A DNA stretch of 64,000 nucleotides from contig JAYWIR010000001.1 in NCBI GenBank assembly GCA_036172245.1, forward strand, positions 3,472,001 to 3,536,000, given 5' to 3'. Under the pieces are notes generated by a model that saw only the letters and a program-made list of their open reading frames with translations, was not told the DNA's origin and searched no databases. Shown piece after piece: positions 40,750 through 53,779 of the stretch. Both the position numbers and the translations under genes were made by a program. This stretch comes from Raillietiella orientalis (Eukaryota). The stretch's first letter is position 1. Each line of letters starts with the position of its first letter.

Positions 40750-41650
40750 CTTCTGACGTCATGGACGATGTTGAAACGCGCGGAATGTAAAGTGCGCGCT
40801 CGGTTAGACAGACTGTTCCAAATTGACACCCTTGCATCCGCCTCAAACGGGTAAGTCTCTGGAGGGAGAGCTTTCCCAAGCTCTCCGCGGCTTCTACAGG
40901 AAGTGCCCTAAGGCTGAAGCACGCTTCCCTGGTCGGAGCAATGCAGCTGCCTCCGACTTTATCTTATCTTGAATCAAATTCATTAGGAAATTTCCAAACG
41001 AGGCTCGCAGAGCGACAAACTTTGCTTGAGGACTTCTTTGCCGCCAAGGATCCACAGTTAACGAGACAAGATGCAAGCAGCCATTAGCGACGTCGGAGCC
41101 TAATCAGTGGTATACCTGTTTCCTATGACAGCACATCTCTCATTGTATGAATCCCGTTTCCACGGTAAGCTCCCCGCTGTTTTCCATTTTCCTCAGAATT
41201 GCCATTGCTGTATCACAACCACGTGCCAACAAGAACAGTAGTGCTCTGGAAAGCTTTCCGACGCCACTGGACAAGACGTGTCGTGCGTCACAACAGTCAC
41301 CGCTGTATCACAACCACCGCGTGTGAACAAGGGCAGTAGCATTCTGGAAATCTTTTCGACTCCACTGCACAAGACGTGTCGCAAGCCACGGCAGTTCGTG
41401 AGAGCACAGATTGGCCTGATGTTTCCATGAAATACATCAACAACAATTGCGATTCTTCGTGGGAATTCCGATTGCCAGATGCATCGGCTCACAGAACAAG
41501 GATCAATAGCAACCATCCAGTTGCAGGTGATTTCGTTCGCAGCTAGATATTCAAGGATACCCTCTGTTCGAGCGAACCGCAGCCATTTTCTGTTCGACAG
41601 CGAATGCCCTCCCTTCACAGACTGATTAGTGAGGCGCTGACCTAGTGGGA
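40750..41650 (-). mobile_element. Decayed BEL/Pao integrase 3' relic
   Basis: EGILEYLAANEITCNW...DP (like fl...gI.W.f.pp), NIRPI (like NsRPl), then W-RQ...FLMNLIQDK...LRPG resembling the BEL/Pao C-terminal region. Confidence 0.4.
41206..41385 (+). repeat. Diverged tandem duplication, 2 units of ~97 nt
   Basis: GCTGTATCACAACCAC...AACAAG..CAGTAG..CTGGAAA..TTT.CGAC.CCACTG.ACAAGACGTGTCG occurs at ~41207 and ~41302. Confidence 0.8.
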
Positions 41651-42299
41651 CCACGGTCCCACCCTTTTGCCCTTGAGAGAGCTATAGACCAGGGATTGCG
41701 CCCATAGTTTGCGCAGAGGATGTAGAGTGATGGACGAATTCCTAGAACACATCCTCAACCAATGCGTCAACCATCAGAAGGTGACCAAAAAGTGGAGAGG
41801 CGAGCACAGCTCAAGAGGGTTGCCTCGAAACGTTGGAAACTTAGTGGTCTCTCCTCCAATCAACCTTTCATGAGGTCAGATTTGAAGTGGAGTACGCGGG
41901 GTGAGGTGCTCCAAGGAGACAGAAATGCTTCTTCGGACTCCACCTGCTGCTATGAAGACTCAGCAGTGGTTCTAAAAAGGGCGCGGCAAAAGACGGAGAT
42001 AAAGCATGGTAAATTTAATGGACCTCGAAAGGCGCATCTTCGCGACCGTGAAGAGCCATCGCCGTACGCCTCGGTCTCCAGAGAACGAGGAAGAGCTAAG
42101 AGAATTGCCGAAGAGATGGGAGGAGCGTCTCAGAACGGTGTGCCCAAACGTTCGACTCTACCGGAACGCGTGTCGGACGCACCGGGAGGGCGGTCCAATT
42201 GGTGCGTCCGGAAGAACCTTGAGGAATCACGGCCTCGTCGTGAGAACGAGTCGGAGAGAACAAGGAAGAGATGAGATGGCAGTAATCCACGCTTCGCCG

Positions 42300-43050
42300 C
42301 CGCAAACCCTTCAGGAGTGTCTTTGCGGCATTTTCCCTCTTTGCGCAGATGGAATTCATGCAAGGAGCTGAAGCCGGTCGTTTGATCAGGGGCTTCCGGT
42401 CTCTACCTTTTGATCTGTCTTCCACGCACCTGGGCGCACCTCCGAGCCAGGGGTCCGACGCGGTTTGTCCCACGGTCCTGGAAGAGCCAGGAGTCCAAGC
42501 ACCGCTCTATCCCCCCAGCGGGCGCGAATTCTGCTGTCCTCGGAAAGGACGCGCTTGCTCCGACGTCGTCGTCGCGGACGTCGGCCCTCAGCGGGAACAC
42601 TCAGCGGTACCGCCTCGAACGCGTCCCGACGAGGAGCACCCCGGCCCTCAGACCCCCCGGCACTCTCGTCGCCATCCTGGTCGAAAAGGCCGCCGCTCAC
42701 GGAAGACCTCGGGAGCGACCTGCTTGCGCAGATGCGGGCGGCGAAGAGGACCAGAGAACGAACTCTTCTCCGTCTTCCTTTCGTCCCCGTCCCTCAGATC
42801 CCGGACGGTGCCAGATTCCATTCAAGGGAGGACGTCCTCCGGGTCGTGAAGCGTGGAAGGAGGGAGAGTTTTCCCTCTGTCGTCGGCAACGCTGCCGGTG
42901 GATGCTGCAGCCAGAGGGTGGCGCTTGTCCGAGAACCGACGGCTGCGGATCCACCCTCGCACCCTGTCACATCCTACCTCGCCTCCAGTGAGGGATGCGC
43001 GGGAGGAGATTCCCGTCCGCATTGGAGCAACCGGATTGAAGCTGAACACA
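42300..43050 (+). mobile_element. Decayed R2-like retroelement post-RT fragment
   Basis: RGFRSLPFDLSSTHLGAPPSQG resembles the R2-type wLxLP......ha...GGLG block. Confidence 0.25.
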
Positions 43051-43064
43051 GAGCGCTCGGCGAA

Positions 43065-43550
43065 ATTTGACCGTCCTGGATTGGAATTTGACCCCCTGGG
43101 GTCCTTCCAGAACATAGAGGAACCCTTCAGGTTTCCCCTTCGGTTGTGAACATCGAGCCTTCCTCCCCCTCAGGGGGGAGGACCATCCATCGCGTACCAT
43201 GGAGATGGTTGATGTCCTGCTCGGGATTGCCCCTTTAGCGTATCAAGAAGCGCACTACTCCCTTCGAGGAGCGACCCTTCAGAGAAAATTTGGAAGTGTC
43301 CCTTAGGGATTCTCTTCAGAGGAGAAGAACCAAGGAGCACGTTTTCTCCAGAGAAGAAATCCCAGGAGCAGACCCTTTCCGGGTTCCCTTCGGAGAAGAA
43401 ACAATGGAGAGATCCCCTCCGTGGGGTCCCTCCGGAGAAAAGTGGGAAGAGGATCCCATCGGGGTTCTCTACCAAGCGTAGGAAGGAGTTCCTGGATTCA
43501 TAAGTTGGTACCTTCTATCCTGAAGAGTTAACACGCACCCTCGGGTGGAG
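43065..43550 (+). mobile_element. SINE-like repeat, copy 6 (5'-truncated)
   Basis: GGATTGGAA, CCATGGAGATGGTTGA, GAAGCGCACTACTCCCTTCG, TTCTCTTCAGAGGAG, TTCCTGGATTCATAAG and TATCCTGAAGAG..GCACCCT match copy 1. Confidence 0.72.
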
Positions 43551-43814
43551 TGGACAGGGTCAAAGGGATCTGTGACTCCCACCCCTTAGGAATGGTTTGC
43601 CTCCCCCTAAGGAGGCGAATGGTTCTTCAGCACTTGGCGAACCAAAAAGAAGAAACTTCCCAGGAAGATTTGGTTCAGCATTTCCGGCTTCCTTCCAAGC
43701 AAGAAGAGTTCCTCGAGAGTTGCGATTGCTGACGGATAGCGGGAGCCGCCTCTTCGCGTTTCCTTCCGATTTTTCCATCCCTCTGGGACGTCTCGCAGCA
43801 TGTGCCTTCACTTC

Positions 43815-46027
43815 GGGAAGTGAGAAGCGAGGTCGCACCTCTTCGAATGTCCGTTGAGACTCTGCTGCGCCTGCCCTGTTTTCCCCCGAGGCAAAATGGC
43901 ATTTTGGTTAGCTCGTTCCGGCAGAAGTACCCTGCAGGAGGAGGGGGAGCCTCTGTGACAGCACGTCGGTGCTCTTGAGGGGAGGCACCCATTCCGAACG
44001 AACGAGAGTGCCTACTGAAGGAAGGAGAAGAGGTGGAGGTGGAGGGGACTTGCTCGAAAGATCAAAGGGAGGGAGAGAGAGCGGAAGCCACCACAGGTAG
44101 ACGAATAGAATGTGCCACTCGAGCATGGGCCACGCGCCCAGGAATTGCGCTGGAACGCAACGGGCGGCTCCAGGAGGGAGGAGAGCGGCGGAAGACTAAA
44201 CAGGGTGGATAGGCGATTGACGTTTCGGATGTGTCCGGCCTTCGACTCACCCTTCCCTCGCGGCGGGAGGTTCCACAGGACCTCTCACTTGTCAATGTCG
44301 GAGCAAAGGCCGCCCTAGGATCGAGAAAACTCCGGGAGTGCCACCCGTACTCAGGTGCGAGCTGCGGCAGAGACCGGGGTATTTCCAAGGCGCCTTCATC
44401 GTTCGCAGTGGTGGCGTGGGCGTCGGGAGAGGAGCGAGGAGCTCTTCATCATGCTTAGAAGAGACGTGCCGGCTCCTAATCTCATTTGTCGTGAGCTCGG
44501 GGCTGCACGGCCGCGCTCAGCATCCATAAAACCTCTCTGTCTGGGACCCGTGACCTCTGAGGCAGGAGCTCGCTGGAATCCCGTCCGCCGCCCTTTGACT
44601 CTGAGTCAGATTAATGAGAAGCTGCTCGACGGCGCGGTGGCGAGGACGTGTCTGGGGGTAATGATGACGATGACAATGGCTCAGGGTTAAATTGATGGCC
44701 ACGGGGGTTCTGGGAGTTGACCAGGTCCGTGAGAGGGGGATGGGGGAAAGAGGAGGTGTTTCCTCTGAGTAGGGAGTGATGGCGTGCGTGGGGAAGAGTT
44801 CGCTTCGAGATCCAGAGATAGGGGTAAAAGGCGAGAGGGGGAGTGGGTAATCCTCTTTGGGGAGAATCCGTTGCCAAGGTGTCTTTCAGTCCGACTCTTC
44901 CCCTCCTCTTCCATAGGAACTCCGCGACAACTTGGGACTTTCTCTTCTGAGCGTCGCGGTGAGTTTTCTCCAGGTTTCCAGGCGGCTCTCTCTTGCCAGA
45001 GCAGGGGGGAAGGATTCCAGCCTCCCCTTGCAGCCTTGAGATTCTCACTCTAGCGAGGTCTCCAGAAAGGTAAGGGAGGATCAGTCTGGTTGTCCCTACG
45101 GCTTCTCCAGGCTTTCCTCCTTGAAATGTCCCCTCACCGTCCCTTTTCCCTTAGCCCGCTGATGCGTGGGAATTCCCTTCCTTTTCCAGAAAGGGGAATC
45201 GGAGGACAGTTCCTTCGCTTCGTGTTCCTCTTCCCTTCGTGAATCTCATTTCTGAGAAAACACCCTTGGGAAAGGGAGGAAGACTGCTTCAGGGAAGTGC
45301 TGCCATACAACTTTCTCTTTCCATGTCTCACCGGTCCTGGTCCGCTCGCAGCAGGAGCGAACCTTCTCAGGGCTCTGGAGGCACGGCGGAAAGACCGGGA
45401 TCCGACGGGAATGGACTCCTTAGCTGGTCGTAGGGGACGGTGCAGGTAGGATCTGGAATGTTCGCTGAGTCGGTACGCCGTACCGGTCGTCCGCAGCCGG
45501 GGATCAGGTTTCCGCTTCGCCGACATCTCCGCACGGTGGCGCGGACGTTGCTGGGCACCTGGGAAGGAAGAAAACAAAAGAAAGAAGAACAAGCGTTCGT
45601 GGACCACAAGGGAGGAGCTCTTGCGCGAGCAGGGGAAGCAGCCGTGTAAGGACACGCAGGTCCCCTGCTGAGGAGCGGCGCCCTCAAGCTCTGGAGCGAT
45701 TGGCTCAGCTCTTGCCGCGCGCGCGTGCTCTTGGCGCCACATCGCTGCGTGAGACACACGCGCGCACCTTTGCATCAGGGAATCCGACGCCGCTTGCCTG
45801 ATCACGAAGCGCACGATCGCGAGAGAGATTACTGGTTCCATTGCCGAGATTTTGGAGCACCACCTCGGCCGTCCAGCATATCTCCATGGCGATATGCTCC
45901 ACGTGCTGATCGCCATGGCGATGTGCCTCCACCGCGGGGAGGTGGGAAGTGAGGTCGCACCTCTTCGAATGTCCGTTGAGACTCTGCTGCGCCTGCCCGG
46001 TTCGCCCCCGAGGCAAAATGGCATTTT
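43815..46027 (+). repeat. Near-identical ~80-nt dispersed direct repeat (43815-43905 and 45945-46027)
   Basis: GAGGTCGCACCTCTTCGAATGTCCGTTGAGACTCTGCTGCGCCTGCCC...CCCCCGAGGCAAAATGGCATTTT is present twice, ~2.1 kb apart. Confidence 0.85.
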
Positions 46028-49000
46028 CGGCTGCGTGGCCTTGGAATGGGGGGAAAAAACAAGCTGACACCTCGATGGTCCGTGAGCCAGCCTCTGGAAA
46101 ACAGGATAGCGGCCACGGTCGTTGAAGTACTCGTGATGTGAGCGGTACTGGACAAGTCACTCTCTCAGAGACTGGGAGGGAGGGGGAGAGAAAATATCAA
46201 GAGAACAAGATGAACTTGATAGAATGTTGGTGGGAGATGGGGATGAAGAAATGAGAACAGGATGAGGGAGCGAGAAGGTGGCAACAGGCTAAAATGGTGG
46301 AGGACGAAAAACCTCACGTCCTGTGGTTTTCATAAAGATGCATGTTTGAAGGCTGACTTCAGGATCGAAAGAATGCTGGACGTTCAGTTCTCATGAGAGC
46401 AGCTCTAGGGACCGGGAGGCACTCGCGGATGCTGTGTCCCTCTTACGCAGTTCACGTTTTACTTTTACCCCTCTGGCGATACGGACGGACTTACCCATCC
46501 CTTGACGCAGTCTCTTATCGATGCACCTTTCGGCACCTCAGCAGGGGTTCCTCATCTCCGGCGCGTCTCGGAAGTGCCCCTCAGGGAGGATGAGGGAAAG
46601 ATGCTCGCTCCCCTGAGCCTGCTCCTCTCCAACCTGCTGCATCGGTTGGTGACCTCCTACCGTTCCTTTCCCAGCCTCATGACCTCTTCCAGGGAACCTG
46701 GAGGGAAGGGCGTGAGGTGGTATGGGGCAGCTCGATCGACCCTCGCATTCCTCGACTCGGAGGGCTACTGCACCAGACTCCTCCGCCTCCCCTCGAGACG
46801 TCACGTGACCGAGAATAAGTGCTACGTGCCCTTCTTTCCCTCCTTTCTTCCTCTAGCCGGGGATTCTGGTCTTCTGTGCTTGAGCCTTGCGTCTCTTCTC
46901 CGCTTCCTCCGGAGGGCGTACAGGTCGGGGACGGTCGCGGTCACGTGGTGGACCTCTAGAAGCTTCGAAAACGGGGACAATGCGCTTCAACGAGGGTTCG
47001 GCCCAGCGGAACTCTTTCCCTGACTTTCCAGGAGTGGACTCCTCCGACTTGGTCGGCCTTCGCTGCAGCAGTCAGCCTCCACGAGCTCCGCACGCGGGTG
47101 ACCTACCCCGAGGGAGTGAAGTTGGCAGCGAGAAGGGGGGGATCCGAGTCCGCTTCTAGCTCTACCTCGCCATCTCCACACACCTCTTCCCACCCCGCGA
47201 AACCCGACCCCCCATAAGGACCTTTCCTCATCTTCACGAAAGCAAAGCGAGGCGCGATCCCAGGCGCAGAGGCCTCTGGCCATCACCACCAGCGCCACAC
47301 TAAGTGGGAAAACAGCAGCTGACTTCAGTCGACGACGCGCGCAGCGTCTCCACGGCGACAGTAGCGGTGGCGGAGGCAGGGAGGGAAGCACCACAAACGG
47401 AAGGTGAGGAGGGAGAGAGAGCGAAAGCGAGAAAAACAGGAAATGATGCGGAGCGCGCCGACCTTTCGTGACCTTCGGCACAGCCATCGCACGCGGCACC
47501 TTCGAGAGGCGGAACCTCTGTTAAGGAGAGGAAGGGGGAGGAAGGGGGAATGTAAAAGGCGCCATTCCTTACCTCAGACCCCGCCTCCACCTCTCTGCCC
47601 TCTCCCTTTCGTGGGATCAGGGAAAGAAAAGGGCCGCTCCGCTCCGCTCACAAAGGAGCTGAGGCAGCTGCAGTTCCTTCGGGCGGGCAACACCGGGAGG
47701 CGGCGGCAGCTGCACGCTTCGAAGAAGAAAAACACGTGAGAGGAAGGGGAGAAGGAAGGGAAGCACCCAGCCTCGCTATCTTCTCCCCTGGCTCTTCCCT
47801 CCTTACCCATCCCGAGACACCCGCGCTCATGTCCCTCCTTCTACCTCCCCCCCTTGCACCCCATCCCTTTCTTCTTCCTTTAGCGGGACGTGTCTTCGAA
47901 GCTCCTGCAAGGAAGAGATCCCAAGCGCGTGCTCTTGAGTCGAAGCGGAAACGGGAGGGAAATCGATCCCGCCCTACGCCAACTCCCCACTTCGTTCTCT
48001 CCTTGCGACCTCGCTGTTGGGAGGCGGAGTAGCTGCTGCCTCTACCGCCGTAGGGAAGCAGCGGCTCCCGGGAATTCTCGTGTGGGTGCAAAGGGAGGAA
48101 GAGTAAGGAAAGGAGGCAGAGGACCTCGGAAGGACACACGAAGGAGAGGTGTCGGGGTGGACTCACCAGGAGTGGGGTCCCCTTTGTCTTTCCACCTTCA
48201 TGGTCCGCCTGTCTCACCCCTACCCTCTCCAGAGAAAAAGAGAGTCTCAGACTCGCCCCAGGACGCAATCAACTTTCCCCTTCCTGACCATATCACATCC
48301 CTTTTTTATCTTCTGGGTGGTGCGGTCCACTGGGAGGGACCAGCGGAGGATGCCGATTCTTTCCTGATTCTTCCCTGGTGGAGATCCGAGCTGTACAGTG
48401 CGCACTGCTCGGATTCGATTCTTCCCTTTAGGATTTGAGAGGCATGGCAACCCTGCGAGGTCCGATCCAGTCCAAAAAAACCTTCTCCTCCTTGCCTTCC
48501 TCCCCCCCCTCCCGTCTCGATGGGAAGAAGGGGCGGCGTGGCATCTTTCCTTGCCTCTCTTCCAGCCGTGGTCTCGTCCCGTGGCACGCGGATTCTCCGC
48601 GCCGGAGCCATCTGCTTCTGCTTCCATCACACAACAGGAAGGAAGGGGAGAGGAGTGGCTCCTCGTTCCTTGCCCCGAGCGCGGCCATTCTGCCCTTCGG
48701 AACAGCTTCCTGGATATGTGGTGGCTGAGCGTCACTGGGGTCCAACAGAGGGCGGGATGGGTCCAATTTTGGTTCCGCAGGCCTGGCGCATGCCCTCCGG
48801 CCTCAAGTCAAGGTCAGGGACAACGAAGGAAACCCAACCACGGAGATGCGAGCGCCTTAAACGATCAATGATGGGCACCGGTGGGTTTGTCGGCGTTGCA
48901 TCTCAAGTGATCTTCACCAACTGATCCACAGTGTCTTTCTTGGCGCTATGGTGATTCCTCTCATCTCTCCGCGCACTGCCATGTTCTCCCCGCACCCCCC

Positions 49001-50599
49001 TTCGTCTCCTTTTCAGCTGGGCAGATCCTGTTTGCTTCTTTTCCGCGAAGAATGCGACGAGGTCGACCCCCCTCCTCTTACGGTTCCACTCTGCGACCGA
49101 AGAGACCGGAGGCTGAGATCAGCCATGGATCGGAGGCTCATCAGGAAGTTATCCATGAGGGACTCAGTCGAAGAGAAGGTTCGCGCGTGGTGGACAATGG
49201 ATACGGAGGGCAGCTCGCCAGTCTTTTTCCACGATGGCGTCTCTTTTATTCCTTCCCTCCATTGTTTTGAGCCTTGACCTCACAGAACGTGGTCCCTGGA
49301 TGCAACGGCGAGATGGCAGCAGACTGCGAGAACCCTGGGCATCCCTAGGGCTGAGTTTCCTCTTCCTCCTCTCCTGAAGAATCGCCAAGCGGAATTCTGA
49401 AATCTCTCGTGGGGAACGAGGACCTCGGCGAGCTCGATCGTGCTGTCCCTGAAGACGGCGCCTCCGGAAGTAACGTGCGATTCGAATGCTGAAGCTGTGA
49501 GGACCTCTCGGGTTCATCTGACCCTCAAGGAAAAGAATTCTTTGTGCAGCTCACCTGGAACCTCCGAACCGAGAACTGCTCGCCTAATCTCCATGGAAAT
49601 CCTCTCCAGCACTCTTCCCTCCAGCCTCCCCCCCTGCTGCGGAGACCTCTTGAGCGCACTGTTGACAAAGAGACAAAGGAGGTGAGATGCAGGCTGCCGC
49701 TTCTTTGGCAGTCAGCTGGAAGGAAGGAATAAACGTGGAGTCTTTCGGTGGACACGGAGGGACCGACGATCTCGTCCCACCTGCGAGCTCCCCGATTCCG
49801 GTGCTGAAGCAGTGGGAAAGCGTCGCCCGCCCTCACCTCGTCACCTGGGGAACCGCAGCCTCCCGGGGAAGGCGACGAGGACCTCCAGTTCTCGTCGTCG
49901 CGAAGCTGGTAGTCGCGCATGCGCGCACTACCACCCGGGTTGGCGCTCTCGAGAGGAGCATATCGAGAGCCAGAGGAAGGCGACTGACCAGAGGACATGC
50001 CGTAAGCGAAGACATCTGAAAGTCGTTCGAGTCGCGTAGCTCACGAGGCTTTGGAAGTCGCTGCCACCTTTCCGCGACTGCTCTCTCCGTCCGGTCTGGG
50101 AGCCCGGTCGCATCTCGTCGAGTGCCCGGCATCCGATTCAGCATCCGAGATCCGGAAAAGTCAAGGATCGCTCTGATCCGGAAGCATCGACCTTCCCCAC
50201 GGGAGCCTCACTGGGCGCGTTCGTGACCTTTCCGGACTCACCTCTCGCGGATCGGCAGACGGAAATCACGAGACCCGTGCATCGACAGGGACAGGGGAGG
50301 GGGTGACAACATCCGAAATGGTTCAGATCACGCGGTCGACAGCGACCAGATCTAAAAGGTCAAAGCACGAGTCAGTGCACTTCTCGTCCCTGCGTGGATC
50401 CTTTCAAATCGGAGACTTTGAAGGTGGATTGAAGAAGATCAGCAAAAGGAGAAGGGAAAGAAGGCTGGGATGGATGATCCACGGGTTCATTCGGTGCAGA
50501 TGTCCCTCAGCTCCTTATCGTTGCCCTTGTCCTTGCTCTAGAAGACTCGTCTGTCTTTCTTCCTCTCCTTGGACTGCTTCCTGACCGGTTCCTCCTCCT

Positions 50600-52450
50600 C
50601 GCCGCGTGCCTTCCTGCTTCTCGCAGCCTCCGTTGGACGAAGCGGGAGGTCCTCCCTCGGGAATTAGCGAAGATCTCCCTCATGTTGATGACGATGATCG
50701 TAGGCGAGGGAGAAGAGCCGCAAGAGGGGCACGGGAGACAGGTAGTAGACAGCTGCCTAGCACCTGGAGCACTAGGCCAAGCCACACTCCCGAAAGGGAA
50801 GATCCCGGAATGGAGCACGGCTCTCGTCTCTACCGTCGTGGCGGTGTTTGCAGTGGCACAGGGACGGAGCGAGGGTTCGTTCCTCTCCCCATTTCTCTGT
50901 CCGGGCAGGTGAGCTGATGCGGCGGCACGCTGAGGCCAGATAAGGAGGCGGACGGAACATGGTAGCTGCTGCGGGGGCACTAGCAGTCGCCACTGGCAGC
51001 GCCACCAGGTGGAGGGGACGTGTCGCTGATCTCATCCTCCTGCGTGGGGGTCGTCGCACCGGCACTTCTGAACTCAGGACCCAAACGGGCGGACCTTTCG
51101 GAGCACACGGGCCTCGATCAGGCCGGAAACCCGCCTCCTCCAGACTGGTCATCCGTGTGCACCAGAATCGGTCCGAAGGAAAGGAACATCCCTTTGTTGA
51201 ACATCCGTCAAGGGCCAACCCTCCACCAATAGCGACGACTTCGGGCAGGTCGCGGGAAAACAGCGTTTTTCCACATCACCTCCTGCGGTCCAGAATCTTC
51301 TAAAGAGGTTCGGATAGGATGTCTTTGGCGATCACAGAGCCACGAGATCGCTCCCCGCGAGATGTCAGGGGCGGCGGGAGGCCGAGTGAGCCAACTCTCT
51401 GGGAAAAAGAGGCGCTCCTCAGGCGGACGGGCGTGCGGTGCGTTTCGTATGCGCAGGCGCGCCCACAACGACAATCCAAGAGGGCGGTGGGCGCGTCCTG
51501 CCTGGAGGCGTTTAGCGAATGCTCTCCTGCAGTTCCTCCTGAAGCCATTCCTTCTTTCCTCTCCCAGTCCGTGGAGGTCGGGAGCGCACTGTCGAATGGG
51601 GAGTGACCGCTGTGCCGTTGGCGCAGGATTGGTCAAAGGCACATATTGTCCAGATCCAGATGTGGTGGCTAGTGGAAACTCAGAAGTGCGAATCTGTGGA
51701 TAGATCTCCTTAACTTGCACATCGGAGGACGGAGTACAATCGGGAAGGGAGTCAAAATTGGGAAGAGCGCACGAGGGAGTGGTAAGCGACTGCCAAGTCG
51801 GATGGCTGGACGCACGCGATCCGGGCGAAGAGGGAATGCTTGGAACGTGCGCCTCCATGAACGAACCAGCCGCCCTTCCGCCTAAGGAGCTGACCACATC
51901 ATCACGTTCCAGTGAGCCCTTGGGACAACAAAGAGACTCGATTACAAGGATAGTTGCCATCCGGTCCAGACTCCTCGTTCGGAGTTTATACAACGGGAAA
52001 CGGATGCCTCCCCCAGTCTCCCCCCGAAGAGGAAACAGATGACCCTAAAGACCGGAGAAAGGAAGCCCTCGCATCCTTGGAAGTCGCTCCCAGGATTTCG
52101 TCGCCGATCCACCCGACACCTGGCGGCCGGTGACGTCCTCGGAAATCTCCCTCGATTCGCAGCCTGTTCCACGAGGGATCGCGTGCCGAAGCAGATCCCG
52201 TGCCAGGATGACATCGGAAGACGTTCTCGTTGGAGTGGGTTGCGCACACCACAACGAGCTGCTGAGCTCTTCGGGGTTCATCAGCTGGTCGGCAAGGATC
52301 TCATCGCCGGTGTCGGATTATGGGATCCCGAGGAGTCCTTGGAGAAGATAAAAGGTAACTCCTGTGAGGTGCGACACTCCGGATGCTTCAGGACGAATTG
52401 ATTCCCTTCCGCTCTGGTGGCTTGGGGGCTTGAGAGCTCCAGCCGAAGGG
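50600..52450 (+). mobile_element. Decayed R2-like non-LTR retroelement (RT to RLE)
   Basis: QGRSEGSFLSPFL (like GvrQG..lSP.L), RVADLILL (like ADDl.Ll), later LGNLPRFA and HHNELL (like NxLP, RHN); many frameshifts. Confidence 0.35.
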
Positions 52451-53779
52451 TCCGGCTCGCAGACCTCCAATCTTTGGAGTGAAGCGGCTACGAAGGCGGG
52501 AAGGTGAGGACTCGTTCTCCTGGTTCTCCATCCAGACAACTCCTCTTTCGTACGTCGTTCCGAGGTCTTCTCTCTCCTCTTGCTTTGCTCTCCCTCATTT
52601 GCGTCCTCACGAGGAGCACCGAGAGTTACTGCTGCCTTTTCCGGCGGTGGAGGCGGCAGAGTCTCCACCGGCGTCTCCCAACAGTGGGACCGTAAGGAGA
52701 GAAAGGAGAGGGGCGTCGGCGAAGAGTGGAGTCGATTTCCCTCTCGTGCCCCCACTTCAATCCAAGAGCACGCGTGGGGAGCTCTTCCTTCTCTACCGGA
52801 GATCCAAAAGGACGTTCCCCTTTGGCACGCCTCAGGGACGGCCTGCTCTTCTGCCTACCTGCTTCAGCATCCATGGAATCAGTGGCTGCTCAGATTCATG
52901 CTGGCTCTCGGCAAAGACGGCCACATACTCGCATCCTTCTGTGCTGCTCTCTGGCGTAAAGTTTGTTCGTTTCATCTTGCAGCGGTACAATGCCTCAGAT
53001 GGCCATCTCGCGGTGCTGAGAAGGAGCCACCGGAAAATTCGTGAGGGTCTTCATCAAGGCTTAAACGATTCTTCCCCTTTTCATTTGCCGTAGTAGCCGT
53101 CTTCTCTCTTCCGGTTCGTGAAGAGCGAATTTCACGCCCGGTGCATTGGGCAGTAGGCCAACAAAAACACATGGTGCTCGGGCCGCAACAGGGAGCATAG
53201 GGAAAAGTGCGTTCCCAAAACTTCGGTGCCAGTCGGCACGAGATCCTAGTCTCGATGGCCTTTTCTCCACCTGCCGCTTGGCCTTCTCACCCTGCTATTC
53301 CGAAACTCTAGCAACTGCAGCGCCGACTCTTGGGGAAGGGCTGGGAGCGGTAGCAACAGGTCGCTGACAGGGAAGGTTGCACTGCGGTTAACCAAGTCGA
53401 CTCGGGAGCTCTGCATCTGACTGGCAAGAGGTCGAGGAAGCCTTCTGGAGTGGGGGATGGGGCAGGCGGTCAGGGAGGAGCTCCACGAAGTCGTCCCTGC
53501 TTTGGCCACGTGCTCCAGGAGTCCAGAATCAGGTTGACTTCCATGGTGGCAGGGAAAGACCAGAGCTCCATTCCGAAGGTACTCTGGGTGCTCCAGACTC
53601 CTTTCTTCGACCCACTGTCCTCCTGGGAATACGTAAGGATAAGGATTGGACACGTTGCCAAGTTGTCTCTTGGCTTCCGTTCGGACCAGGACACTTCCAG
53701 AGCTGCGCGTGCTGCAGATGAAGAAGGGTATGAGGAGTGTCATTGTCTGGGTGTCAAAGAGGGAGGTCGTTGGAGGACG

